Shown here: one piece after another, positions 1 through 12,474 of the stretch
Position numbering within the stretch: position 1 is the stretch's first letter
Layout: each line of letters starts with the position of its first letter
Assembly (NCBI RefSeq): GCF_006345805.1
Contig: NC_043004.1
Location: forward strand, 76,198,001-76,262,000
DNA length: 64,000 bases
Reading direction: 5' to 3'
From: Octopus sinensis
Taxonomy: Eukaryota
Program-made: the position numbers and the translations under genes
The notes under the pieces: generated by a model
Told to the model about the DNA's origin: nothing
The model's input: the letters and a program-made list of their open reading frames with translations, nothing else
Database searches by the model: none

Positions 1-478
1 GCAGTAGCATGTTGTCGACAAACAGGTCTACAAGGCTTCTGTCCACCATAGACTGATGGACGTCAGTGTCAGCAGTTTGAGCAAACACGCCAATGCTGGG
101 GTGGCGAGCTTTCTTTGCACGTGGATGCGATGACTGGCTACTGATACTGTTACAGGAAGAACCAGCCTTGATTCTCTCCTCAAACTGGATGGCATGCGCT
201 GGGTGTTTCCTCTTGACATGCGACTTCAAGTTGTAGAAGCTCGCCACTTGTCCCTTAATGGTGGTCTCCTTGGGCTGGCGCATGACGCACCGGAAGTACA
301 GGATTTTGGCGATCCTCTTATCCCTTTACGTAAAGACAAAGTAGTCCTCCAGGTGGAGCCACGAGTTCTGAGACTCCTGGCTCTCAACCTGAGTGACCTC
401 TGCTTCACCCAAAGTCGTTGCAGGCTCCTCAACAGGCCCGTCATCATCAAGCCGAACAAAAACGTCTTCACCTTCCAT
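1..478 (-). pseudogene. Degenerate hAT transposase N-terminus (BED finger and following domain)
   Basis: Translation MEGEDVF...SWLHLEDYFVFT*RDK...FRCVMRQPK...SFYNLKSHVKRKH...QSMVDRSLVDLFVDNMLL. One in-frame TAA, and the second BED Cys is replaced by Arg. Confidence 0.75.
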
Positions 479-871
479 AACGATAAGTGATAACTTGATA
501 AGCTGATAAGGTACGCTGCTGTCACCGACACCGTGAGACTGTAATGTGGCACCGTCGTAGGTGAACACAACTCAAAACTGCAGAATTACACAATGTTGTT
601 CAGCTAGCTGCTGCTGCGTCAACCAAACGCGTCTTGTCACGTGTACACCTAATTAGTCAATAGCGTGCCAGCGGACTCGTCGAGATTCGCCCACAACAGA
701 CAGGAACGTATGAATTTTGTTAGCGGACTTAAAATTAGCGGAACTAAATTCAACGGAAGCTAATTGGCCTGCTAATGGTTTCCAAAGTTAGCGAAAACGC
801 TAATCCGCTAAACGAAAAGTTAGTTTTGCTAATTAGCTGTTACCGGATTAGCGGAACCGCGCCCACCTCTG
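1..871 (-). mobile_element. hAT DNA transposon, 5' end (continues off the window)
   Basis: Terminus reads CAGAGGTGGGCGCGG on the minus strand from 871. Repeated subterminal TTAGC/GCTAA motifs at 720-855. Transposase-like frame downstream. Confidence 0.8.
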
Positions 872-880
872 TATATGTAT

Positions 881-1020
<140 letters not shown>

Positions 1021-1034
1021 CATATGTACAAATA

Positions 1035-1128
1035 CACTGCGTAGCACCTTGGACAAGTGTCTTCTATTGCCTCGAGCTGACTAAAGCCTTGTGAGTGGAT
1101 TTGGTAGACGGAAACTAAAACAAGCCTG

Positions 1129-1168
<40 letters not shown>

Positions 1169-1368
1169 GTATGTATGTATGTATTTGTGTGTCTGCGTTT
1201 GTCTCCACCCCCACGCTTGACAACCGATGCTGGTGTGTTTACGTCCCCGTAACTTAGCAGTTCAGCAAAAGAGAGCGATAAAATAAATACTAGCTTTACA
1301 AAGAATAAGTCCTGGGGCCGTTTTCTTCATGGCCGCAGTCAAATGACTGAAACAAGAAAATGAAAGAA
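1035..1368 (+). mobile_element. SINE family A (tRNA-derived, internal microsatellite, CR1-like tail), 5'-truncated
   Basis: Matches other copies: ...gtgagtggatttggtagacggaaact...(CA)n...catggccgcagtcaaatgactgaaacaag. Confidence 0.85.
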
Positions 1369-1400
1369 TGCATATGTACGTACAGGTATGTAACGTATAA

Positions 1401-1456
<56 letters not shown>

Positions 1457-1866
1457 TATATGAACACACGTAAGTTATGTCGTTGCTGTGTATTTGTATT
1501 AATGTCAGTTTGATTCTGCGACGCTATTGTTCACAAAATCACATGATACAAAATAGACTAAACATGTCTCATTAAAGTGTGTGTGTGTGTGCACTTCCTC
1601 AGGTGTTTATATATGCGTTAATATTAATTACAGTATGTAAATATCTATATTAGTGTATGAAACCAACTTTTAAGTTGCTATTGGAAACACGGAAGGAGTA
1701 AGAGGTAGTCTGCAGAAGATTAAGATAAATATAGATTGCTTATTAAAGAATTCGTGTAACTCGATAGCTTTGTGCCAACTGACAAACGGCAGAGAGAGGG
1801 AAAGAAGGAGGTGGGGAGAAAGAAAGAGGAGAGGAGGAGTTGGAGAAACATAAGTTGAAGAGGGGG

Positions 1867-1945
<79 letters not shown>

Positions 1946-2149
1946 GCTGAGACAAGAAAGAGGGAAGAATCGAGAGGAGAGAGAGATATCGCAGGAACAA
2001 GAAAGAAGAAGAAGCTGCAGCATGGAGGAACTTAGCATGACTGAAGATGTATCAATGTATTAGTCAACGATTAAAGAATTATTTCTCAGAATATGCCAGA
2101 GAAGAGATACAAACCATTCCTCTCTCTCCCTCTCTTTCTGAATGTCTGC

Positions 2150-2156
2150 CTGTCTG

Positions 2157-2222
<66 letters not shown>

Positions 2223-2223
2223 C

Positions 2224-2284
<61 letters not shown>

Positions 2285-2299
2285 GCTAGCTAGCTAGCT

Positions 2300-2388
<89 letters not shown>

Positions 2389-2390
2389 TT
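2150..2390. repeat. Compound (TCTA)n/(CTAG)n/(CT)n/(TA)n microsatellite
   Basis: Directly visible. Confidence 0.95.
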
Positions 2391-2391
2391 A

Positions 2392-2852
2392 CAGGTCGTT
2401 GTGACTTACGACCACGATTGGTTCTGACTGTTTGGTCATAAGTCGATTTGGTCGTAAGTCGGCCTATAGGCCTACATAGCCTTGTTTTCTAGTTTTTACA
2501 TTCTTGAGGTACATTCTCAGGTAAAAATCCTACACGGCATTCTGTGTTATACTGCAACAGTGTTATTTGTTCATAGAAAAGTACTAAAGAATACAAATAC
2601 AAAAAATACACAAAGTAGTATAAAAAAACAGTTGCAAAACTTACTTTAAAATTTTATTGTACTCTGGTGTTTGGCTGTGGATCTTCGATGTTGTTTGTTA
2701 GCTGACGTCATCCGGAGATGGGTTAATTTGTAAGGAATTAAACCCATTAGATTTCAAATGGACTATTTATTATTGCTGCCGAAAGTTGGCACGCCAGTCA
2801 TCGTAAAGTCGAACGGTCGTAAGTCAATAGGTAGTAAGCCGACGACGACCTG
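2392..2852. mobile_element. Tc1/mariner-superfamily (Tigger/pogo-like) MITE
   Basis: TIRs CAGGTCGTTGTGACTTAC and (rc) CAGGTCGTCGTCGGCTTAC. TA on both flanks (2390-2391, 2853-2854). Internal GGTCGTAAGTC repeats, no ORF. Confidence 0.75.
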
Positions 2853-2855
2853 TAC

Positions 2856-2937
<82 letters not shown>

Positions 2938-2942
2938 TCAGT

Positions 2943-3334
2943 TCAAATAAATGGATAAAAAGCGGAGAAAAGGAAACTTAAAAAAAAAGACAACAAACGT
3001 GAAGAGGTGCACAAGAAGCGTATTAGCTTGACGCTCGGTGAAAGGAGAGAGTTTAATGTTTCGTGCATGGCTCTTCGTCGGAAAGGAGAAAGGAAAAAGT
3101 TCAAAGAAGGAGGGGAAGAGGAAATCGCCAATGGGTCACGTGTATTTACATTGGAGTTTACACTTTCTCCTTTCCGATGGAGAGCTATGCACGAAATGTT
3201 AAACCCTCTCCTTCCACCGAGCGTCAAACTAACACGCGTTCATTGTTTTTCTTCTTTTTTGTTTTGTTTGTTTGTTTGTTTTTTTTTTCGTTTTTTTTTT
3301 TTTATCCATTTATTTGAATTGTTTCTTCATTTGA
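2943..3334. repeat. Long inverted repeat made of two Penelope-like terminal-repeat arms
   Basis: Arms ~2943-3090 and ~3163-3334 are reverse complements (e.g. ttcaaataaatggataaaaa; gacgctcggtg(a/g)aaggagag). Each carries a degenerate hammerhead-like motif. Confidence 0.75.
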
Positions 3335-3587
3335 ATTGACTATTTACTGCACGCTCATATGGACCGTCCTCGTCCTTCCGATTGTTTTGGAGGACCTGAT
3401 CCATGGACTTCTTACTCAACACTTAAATTACGTTACCTTTTAATTCATTCGGAGTACGTCATTTCTGCATCTTTGATTACACACAAACGCACACACACAC
3501 ATACACATAGATAGCAAGATTGATAAGTAGATAGATAGACAGATAGATAGATGCACACGCAATGAAGGAGAGAGAGAGAAAGACGAA

Positions 3588-3657
<70 letters not shown>

Positions 3658-4042
3658 GAGAGAAAGGATAGGATGGAGCCGCTTAGAAAGAAGAAGGATT
3701 AATTATTAGAAGAAAAGCAAATCTCAGATAAAATATCCGGAAAGCTGAAAAAACGTTCGTTTCACGAAAAATAGATATGTAGATATTCTTTAATAAGCAA
3801 GTCAGCCGGAAGCCGAAGCTTAGATAATTTCTAAAGATATAATTTAGTCATTAGATGATGGTTTATTTCAGCAACGTAGCTATACAGGACTGAGATTTTG
3901 TTTCTATTTCGAATAATTCTTTGTTTAAGATAGATCATTGCTGCGTTTTTTTTTCACCCTAAAGTAACAATTTTCTATTTGTGTGGGTCTGGTCAGCAGT
4001 TAAAACATGTATACACACACATACACACACCACACACACACA

Positions 4043-4096
<54 letters not shown>

Positions 4097-4202
4097 TATA
4101 TTAATGGATTTTCAATTAGTTTATTATATATCCATATATATATATATATATCTACATATCTATATTATATAGTATTATTAATGTATGTATGCATGTATCT
4201 AT

Positions 4203-4263
<61 letters not shown>

Positions 4264-4294
4264 TAGATAGATAGTAGATAGATAGATAGACAGA

Positions 4295-4503
4295 GGCACA
4301 GGAGTGCCTGTGTGGTAAAAAGCTTGCTTCTCATTCACATTGTTTTGGGTTCAGTCCCACTGCGTGGCATCGTCTATTAGTGTCCTCCATTATAGCCACG
4401 GGCCGACCAAATCCTTGTGAGTGGATTTGGTAGTCGGTGCCCCTGTATGGATTTGGTTTTCCAACATGACTGCAGTCTGATGACTGAAACAAGTAAAAGA
4501 AAA
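4295..4503 (+). mobile_element. SINE family A, internally deleted
   Basis: Head ggcacaggagtgcctgtgtggtaa...gggttcagtccc and tail cagtctgatgactgaaacaagtaaaaga. Confidence 0.8.
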
Positions 4504-4559
4504 TGCAACAAAAAAGATAAAAGTCCCTCTATCTACCGAGTTCAAGATTATTGCAAAAA

Positions 4560-4700
4560 CACAAAACACAAAAGACAGAGACAGGTTAGAGAACAACAGA
4601 CATGGTTTATTGGTTTGACGCTCAGTAAAAAGGGAAAAGTTTTTTGATGTTTCGAGCCTATGCCCTTCTACTGAAAGGAGATGGGAGAAAGAGAGAGAGA
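4560..4700 (-). mobile_element. Penelope-like terminal-repeat fragment with degenerate hammerhead motif
   Basis: Minus strand cttt-CAGTAGA-A-GGGC-ATAG-GCTC-GAAAC-ATC-aaa at 4643-4677. Homologous to 7465, 8636 and 53566. Confidence 0.6.
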
Positions 4701-4768
4701 GAGGGAGGTAGAGAAATCGAGAGAAAGCAACGTGTCAGGGTTAACATTGCACGTGTTGTATGTATGAA

Positions 4769-4820
<52 letters not shown>

Positions 4821-6349
4821 CATACACAAATCGGAGTAATGACAATGAATTTCAAACCATGAACTCTCAGGGAGTATTGTAGGAAGGTTCAATTTCTGAA
4901 GGGCCGCTTAAATGGGGTTCCACTGATCCCCTTATTTTTACTGCATTTACCTCGCTCCTATTCTTATTGGATTAAACTATGACCAGCATCAGTGCTAAGC
5001 ACATTTGCAGAAATAAGTTTGGGCATTCTAAATACATTCACGTGCATTCAAAATCGAGATAAAGAGTTACGACAGGTACATTTAAATGGGTTGTAGAGTG
5101 GATATTTATATTTTGTAGTTTTTGAAACACTCACACACATACACACATAAATATATACAGAGAAAGAGGGGAGAGAGTGGAAGAGAGAAGAAGATATAGA
5201 GAGGAAGTGACTAGGTTTAATACTCGTCTCTGCCACTTGGCATCTGTTTTGAGTGTTTGTGTGAGGTAAAACGAACGGATACGTTCTGGCGTGGCTGTAT
5301 AAGAAACCGTTGTACGTTTGTATATTTGATTTCTGATAAATTTGACAGATATTTGCCATTAAATATATACTGTATGAAAACATCTGAAACTTTCAATATC
5401 AATGTGTACATTTTATAGCAGATATATATATATATATGTAAATTAAACAGCTTTCGGTTTAGCCGTTCTATGTGAATATAAATGCAAGCTTATTCCGTTA
5501 CGATTTCATGTTGCTTTGAAATAATGCAGTACACTTTAGTTGAATTCTTGTACACCATGGATATATTCTTAACGATGTTTTTGCATCAACACAGCACCCC
5601 ACAATCCACCCACAAGGCTTTGATTCTACCCCGATAGGCTGTGTATGCTCTTAACGTTTAAGGTTGAATTATCATGGCACAGCGAATGACAAGGCTACAC
5701 ATTTTGAATTAGTAAAACTAACGCGCCACAAGACCACCTGAGAATGATGAATCCCTATTTCTTATTAAGACGACTGTCTATGAGAAGGTTAGTGAAACCT
5801 GAAGATCGTTCATCTTTTGGTCATCGTAGCCAGTGTTGGGTCACCGGGAAGAAAACAGTTTTGTTTGACAGGTGAGAGATTTCCTCCGCATGCTTCAACT
5901 CATTATTATCAATTGCACGCACAGGAACTTCTTGGAAAACACATTTTGAAAAGCGAATGCTCTACGAGAGTATCTAATTTCAAAATTAAACGTAGGAGGC
6001 AAGGAATTTTGGTCGCTTCTTTCCTAAATTATGGCAATGAAGAGATTCAGAGGTACTTCGTGTGACTGAGGAGCCCTTTTCAACGAAAGCGCTTCTCACC
6101 TATAATCACGAAGAATCTAAAGAAGGGTGATATTAACAGGGCTTTCCTAATTCTGAAACTGGCCAGCAAAATCCCACGGTTGACTGGCAGTTGTCTTGTT
6201 GTGCGGTTTTCCCTATTAGCCATGTTAATACCCAAGACGTTGACATCTTTTCTAACAAGTCGCCGTATTTGGACGTACATACGCGCATACATTACACACA
6301 CACACACACACACACACACGTATGTGTTTATGTGTGTGTGTGTGTGTGA

Positions 6350-6610
6350 GTACGCATTGCCTAGTGGTTAGGGTGTTCAGCTTATGATCACGATATCGTG
6401 GTTTCATTTCCTAGACTGGGTGGTGCGTTGTACTTTAGAGCAAAACACTCCATCTCATGTTGCACAGCGATCACTTCGATACCTGACGCGTGTCACATTA
6501 TACACCTGTTCAGGCAACGTTGATTTGATAGGAGCGAGTGAGCAAATGTGTGCCACGAAAATTTGATCACAACAAACATATCGTTTGTGCAGGTCGTTCG
6601 GTAAAAGCTA
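6350..6610 (+). mobile_element. SINE family C (tRNA head, CORE-like segment), body type 1
   Basis: cctagtggttagggtg...gtttc head, gagcaaaacact...tcatgttgc core. Paralog at 28123-28370. Confidence 0.7.
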
Positions 6611-6647
6611 ACGCTCATATTTCGTCTTCGACCGAAGAGGCCATCTA

Positions 6648-6696
<49 letters not shown>

Positions 6697-7404
6697 ACAC
6701 GTCCCACGCTCGCACAAGATGTACATACACACAAATACGTATATATGCATATACGTGAGTGTGTGTACATATGTGTGTGTATATAATCACAATTTAGGTT
6801 AGTTGAAATGTCGTTTTATATATGTGTATATATATGTGTGTGTGTATATATATGTATATGTATGTATGTATATATATAAAAATAAATATACATATGTATA
6901 TATAAATATATATATATATATATATCATTCTCTCTTATTCTCTTTCTCTCTTCTCTCTTACTCTCTTTCTCTCTTCTCTCCTCACATAACACCTTCCCAT
7001 CCCCCCATCCTATCCCACACCCTCTCCCACATACCCCACCTCTACCCCCACCCTCTGCCTACCCACAAACCCCAACCATACCCCAATCCTCAGCCGAACC
7101 CACACCCACCCGTGCTTTCCCCACTCTCGCCTCCCCCACCTCCCAACAACACCACACCACACTACACCATGCTACATTACACATCACATCATAACACACC
7201 ACCCACACACCCATCCCCACATTTTCACACCTACACATACATACACGCACACGTCCAGACCACCAGCCCTCTTTCACACGCACATACATACTCTCTTATA
7301 CACACACGCACTTTCGTGTTGGAGGTCATCTTTACTTTGTTATCTCCCCTACTTTCCCTTCTCGTGTGTGACCCTTCTGTCCGAGTCAGTCGCCATGATA
7401 GATC

Positions 7405-7570
7405 GTTAGCCACTACACACATCTTTTTTCTCTCCTTGTTTCTCTCCTTGTTTTTTCTGTGTCCCTTTCTGTAGAAGAGCGTAGGCTCAAAACGTAAAAG
7501 ACTTTTTCTATTCCTGAGCGTTATACTAATACATCTGTTTGTTTTCTACACCATCTGTCTTCGTCTTTTG
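7405..7570 (+). mobile_element. Penelope-like terminal-repeat fragment with hammerhead-like motif
   Basis: cttt-CTGTAGA-A-GAGC-GTAG-GCTC-AAAAC-GTA-aaag at 7465-7500 (G12 mutated to A). Confidence 0.65.
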
Positions 7571-7575
7571 TTTTT

Positions 7576-7591
7576 TTCTTAAACTCTCCCT

Positions 7592-7671
<80 letters not shown>

Positions 7672-7966
7672 CATACATACATATATACATACATATATAC
7701 ATACTTACACACAAAACGCATATGTGTGTGTGCGTGTATGTGTGTGTGTGTGTGTAATCACACCACACACTCACACACACACACACACACACATATATAT
7801 AACGATATTTCAACTAACCTAAATTGTGATTATACACACGTACATAGTTGTTGTGTGTATGTGTGTGTGTATATATATATTATATATATATTATATATAT
7901 TATATCATATATATATTTATTTTTATATATACATATGTATATTTATATATATATATAAATATACAT

Positions 7967-8005
<39 letters not shown>

Positions 8006-8085
8006 CACACACGTATATATATATACACACACATATACATACACACGCACGCACGCACACACACACACACACACACACACTATAC
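7576..8085. repeat. Compound (TA)n/(TG)n/(CA)n microsatellite field
   Basis: Directly visible. Confidence 0.95.
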
Positions 8086-8635
8086 AGGCGTGGGACTGTG
8101 TTGAATACAACTGTATGAAGAAAAAACATGGCAGATATAATATTGTTTGCATTTAGTTATTTCCGCTTCAATGATTTATAGTTAAGTCCTTCACACTCCA
8201 GTGATTCCAATGTCTGTTGTGTAAGTGTTATATAACATTGCATGAGTTAAACCATCGAAAAACCGTTCAATGGCGACGTTTCTGAGTTCAGTCCCTGCCG
8301 AATGCTACTTCTACTCTTATTTATCATTGAACAGCCAAGGTAATGATGACTCCTAATGTTCTGGGTTTGCTCAGATGAGAAAGAACATTGTATACAACCC
8401 TGGACGGGCTTCTTCAAATGTCTGGCGAGGAAAAGAAAAGAAGAATCTATGATTCACGTATTGTTAACCTTGACTTTGATTTCTCTGTAAGTAACCCAAA
8501 TAAATGTCAGCGGTCTCCAATGCGGTGTCAACAATATATGGCAGCCTTCAAGGCGGCGAGCTGGCAGAAACGTTAGTTGGAATTTATATAAAAAAAGCAA
8601 AAAAATACGAAAGACGCTCGAGAAAGTGAGAATGT

Positions 8636-8671
8636 CTTTTACGTTTCGAGCCTACGCTCTTCAACAGAAAG
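8636..8671 (-). ncRNA. Minimal type-I hammerhead-like motif (A6U variant) in a Penelope-like terminal repeat (~8600-8710)
   Basis: cttt-CTGTTGA-A-GAGC-GTAG-GCTC-GAAAC-GT-A-aaag. Stems I and II pair perfectly. Stem III is reduced to the palindrome ACGT. Confidence 0.6.
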
Positions 8672-8822
8672 GAACGCGAGAAAATAAACAGGGAGAGAAT
8701 AAAAAAGAAAGCTTTAAACTAAGGAAAAGAATTCCTTCAAAGGGGTGTGTGAAGCATCCAATTCACTGGTACGTCAGTTGAATACCACGTAAGTATGGGT
8801 ATAATTCAAATTACAAACAATA

Positions 8823-9163
8823 AATTAAATAGAGAGATACAACTGACAATCCAATAATGTATTTATATCTTAATATAACATACTATGAAAATAATATAAT
8901 ATAAGATAACATAAACAATTATAAAAGAAACCCAATACAGCTAAAAATTTGTTTCGACTTATATACATTTTTTTGATATATAAACAATTCAATTTCCTTA
9001 TATAAGTCTCATCAGAGCCAATGGTTTGGAGATAGACCTGGGTCGGGTTTTTTATAATTGTTTATGTTATCATATACTATATTGTATTATATTCATAGTA
9101 TATTATGTTATATTATAACATAAATAAATTACTGGATTGTCAATTATATCTCTATATTTAATT
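8823..9163. repeat. AT-rich inverted repeat (arms 8823-8933 and 9045-9163) enclosing a hammerhead
   Basis: Arms align as reverse complements (tgacaatcc, atactatgaa, gataacataaacaattataaaa...aaccc) with scattered mismatches and indels. Confidence 0.8.
8938..9020 (-). ncRNA. Type-I hammerhead ribozyme motif with canonical core
   Basis: tggct-CTGATGA-GACTTATATA-(loop)-TATATAAGTC-GAAAC-aaattttt-agctg. Perfect 10-bp stem II. One stem-III mismatch. Confidence 0.7.
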
Positions 9164-9165
9164 AA

Positions 9166-9885
9166 TTATTATTATTATTATTCAGTAGCTTTATTTTTAT
9201 AGCGTGCTTTCACTTCACTACCGAGCGCAGCTCTGTGTGCCTTGGGTATGTGCTGTGATTTGTTGTGATGCTCTGATGGTTACTGTATTGAAAGTGCTCT
9301 GCGTAGGATGTGTGCAGTGCCTTGTAGTGCAATTTTCTATATGTTATATGTTTGTAAGTCCTGGTGTTTTTGTTATGTATTTGTCTAAATATTTTTTTAT
9401 CATGCCTAATGCACCTACTATGATAGGAATTGTTTCTGTTTTTAGATTCCACATTCTGGTTACCTTTATTTCCAGGTCTTTGTATTTTGAAAGTTTCTCC
9501 ATTTCTTTTAGAGACACGTTGTCATCTGTTAGAAAGCACTTTTTTATTCATGATCTCTGACAACTATATCTGGTCTGTTGACCTTAATTTCTCTATCTGT
9601 GTGAATTGGCATAGCCCAGAGTATGGTTGCTTTCTCGTTTTCTGTGACCTTTTCTGGGGTGTGTCTATACCATATTTTTTCTGTTGTAATTCCATAATGT
9701 TGGCATAGCTTCCAGTGTATGTAGGTCCCAACTCTGTCGTGTCTGTGAATATATTCCTTTTTAGCCAGGACTGGGCAGCCAGAGATAATATGATATATTG
9801 TTTCTTGTCCATCTCCACATATTCTGCAGTTACTTGTTATATTTCTTTTCATTACATGTTTTTGGTAATTTCTGGTGGGGAGGCT
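9166..9885 (-). mobile_element. R4/Dong-clade non-LTR retrotransposon, 5'-truncated 3' end
   Basis: LPTRNYQ...CRICG..ETIYHIISGC..LA...Y..RHD...RPDIVV...KYKDLE..MW..PIIVGALG (zinc knuckle and restriction-like endonuclease). Flanked by TAA-type repeats. Confidence 0.85.
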
Positions 9886-10021
<136 letters not shown>

Positions 10022-10030
10022 ATATGTATA

Positions 10031-10190
10031 TATACGACGGGCTTCTTTCAGTTTCCGTCTATCAAATCCACTCTCAAGACCTTGGTCGGCCCGAGGCTAT
10101 AGTAGAAGACACCCAAGGTGCCGCGCAGTGGGACTGAACCTGGAACCATGTAGTTGGGAAGCAAGCTTCTTACCACACAGCTACGCCTAC
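10031..10190 (-). mobile_element. SINE family A, 5' half
   Basis: rc ggcgtagctgtgtggtaagaagc...ggttcagtcccactgcg...aagcccgtcgta. Confidence 0.85.
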
Positions 10191-12183
10191 ATTTAGTCTG
10201 AAGCTCGACCCACTGCATCCCTCCCCCACCATGTTCTAACACACCACGTGCACACACACAGACAGCAGCGTTGGTTAAAGTGACTATATTCAAGCGTCGT
10301 TCATAACACGATGTAAAGTGTTTCTCCGAACCGCCATGAAATAACTACATTATTAGTCACTAAGCACAGCTTAATCTTTAATGTCTAACTCCTAAATAAA
10401 AGATTCAATGGCCCATACAAAAATATAAGGCAATGGGGGCAAGAAATTCTGCGATAGCAAAACAAACAACAGTGGCCAAGCTGTGGAAGTCAACAGATAT
10501 TGAAATTGGAAAACGACAATTGTTTTGTATTTATCGTTTTCTGTCTGATAAGTTCATTATTCTCTCGCCTTTTGTGTCCTGCCAACGATAATGTTTTACT
10601 TTCGCCCTTTGTTACAGCTTTTTATTAGTTTGTCAGATAAATTCAGATAACCACACACACTTATTTTAATCCTTTCCGATGTTATTTGAATTAGCATACA
10701 AAATGCTTGTTAATCGTAATGTTTTATGGGGGGGGGGGTCCACTCTTCCTCTAAAAGATTTGCTTATCGTTTTTTGAAATTTGGATAAATTCTACGGTTT
10801 TTCAAACGTATGGCAATAGACTGCCAAGTAGAAAAAAAAAAAAACGAATGAATTTATCTGACAACACACTGTTTGATTCCCAGTTGTTCACTTCTGTTGT
10901 GTCTTTGTATGAATTGCATCCCGTCTGTCACAGCATTTTTATCGAAGGCATTGTTACTTGCACAATAGCTTTTCAAATAAACCCCAGGCGCTGTTTGCTG
11001 GATATTCATAAGAGCCATTATCTTTCGTTTAAGTGGTGGCGAGCTAACAGAATTGTTAGCATGCTGAACAAAATGATTTACAGTATATTTCCAGGTTTTT
11101 ACATTGGCTTCAAATTCCGTCGAGATTGACTTTGCTTTCCATCTGTCGAAATCAATAAAATAAATACCAGTTCAAAACTGAGGATGACGTAATCGACGTT
11201 CCACCCCTTCAAAATTTCATTCCCTGTGCCAATAGTAAAAAGAATAATCTTTCATTTAAGTATTGATTGCTTTAACACACGGGGCGACAAAATGTTTGAA
11301 TGTAAACGACAACTTAAATGGAATTAAGGTTCATTCATTTTATTTCCTTCTCCATTGATTATAGAATTGAACTTCTTGATTGGTTTCACGAAATTACATA
11401 AGTAATCGATAACTTTACACTTCCAAGTGATTCTTTAATATAACTTCTAAACCGTTAAACCTGAATGGCCGATAACTAAGACAAAGAGACTTCGTGTTAA
11501 AATTCGCGTCTCGTAGCGATCCGTGAACTTATTCAATTTCGTTAACTTTATTTTGCTGACACAGACTATTAATCACAAGTTTCCTTGGCCTGTTTAATCT
11601 TTCAGATAAGGTCTTTTGAGTTACAACTCTAAGTCGATAATGGCTATTCAAACTCTCGCTATCACACGTAATCGCGTACGCCTGTTAAATATCTTTGTGA
11701 AAACCAGTAGCTTTTTATGTGTGTCCGACTCTTTGTTGTATTGAAAAGAGTAGTTAACAGAATGTTTGACAAATATTCACTGTTTATGTGAACATTTAAA
11801 CCTGTCGGTTATGAGTTAATATTGTTTGTTTCTTTTTAAAAGGAATACTGGCTTTACTAGATTATTACGTAAGTGTGTATAAAGGAAGTTAATGAACCTG
11901 CAGCCCGAGCTCATTTCTGCTTCATCTTTACAGACGACATTCACATCTACTTCGTGACATATTCTCCAAACCAGTGCATAGCTTTCTCTTCCGAATAAAT
12001 AAGAAATGTTTATCAATCGTGATACTGCTCTTAATCATTTTCACTGATATTATCCAGTTTCAGTCATAGACTATGGCCATGCTGGAGTACCACCTTGACG
12101 AGTTATTCTATCGATCTCTTTTTCATCTCCTCCGTTTTATCTCCTCCTTCTTCGTCTCTTCCTCCCCTCCCCCTCCTTTCGTT

Positions 12184-12220
<37 letters not shown>

Positions 12221-12474
12221 TCTCTCTTTGAAAGAAACTGACTCTCGTCACACCTGGAGAGGGATGGTCTTCGCTGGGTTTAGACGCTCAATACAACCTT
12301 TACGTTTTACGCCTACGTTCCTAAGACTCCATCAAAAGTTGAAAGCTCAAAGAAAGTGTCGCAGCGTAGATTGCTGGACGGTTCAAATGGAAACAGATTT
12401 CCAATGGATAGAGGACCTAACCAAATACAACAGGCACTCACCACGTGACGAACACTAGCGAAACAAGGGTGCCA

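Noticed and set aside
4477-4490. CTGATGA-CT-GAAAC resembling a hammerhead core
   Set aside because: It is a loop variant of the SINE A tail hairpin (normally cagtcaaatgactgaaac). There is no stem II or III.
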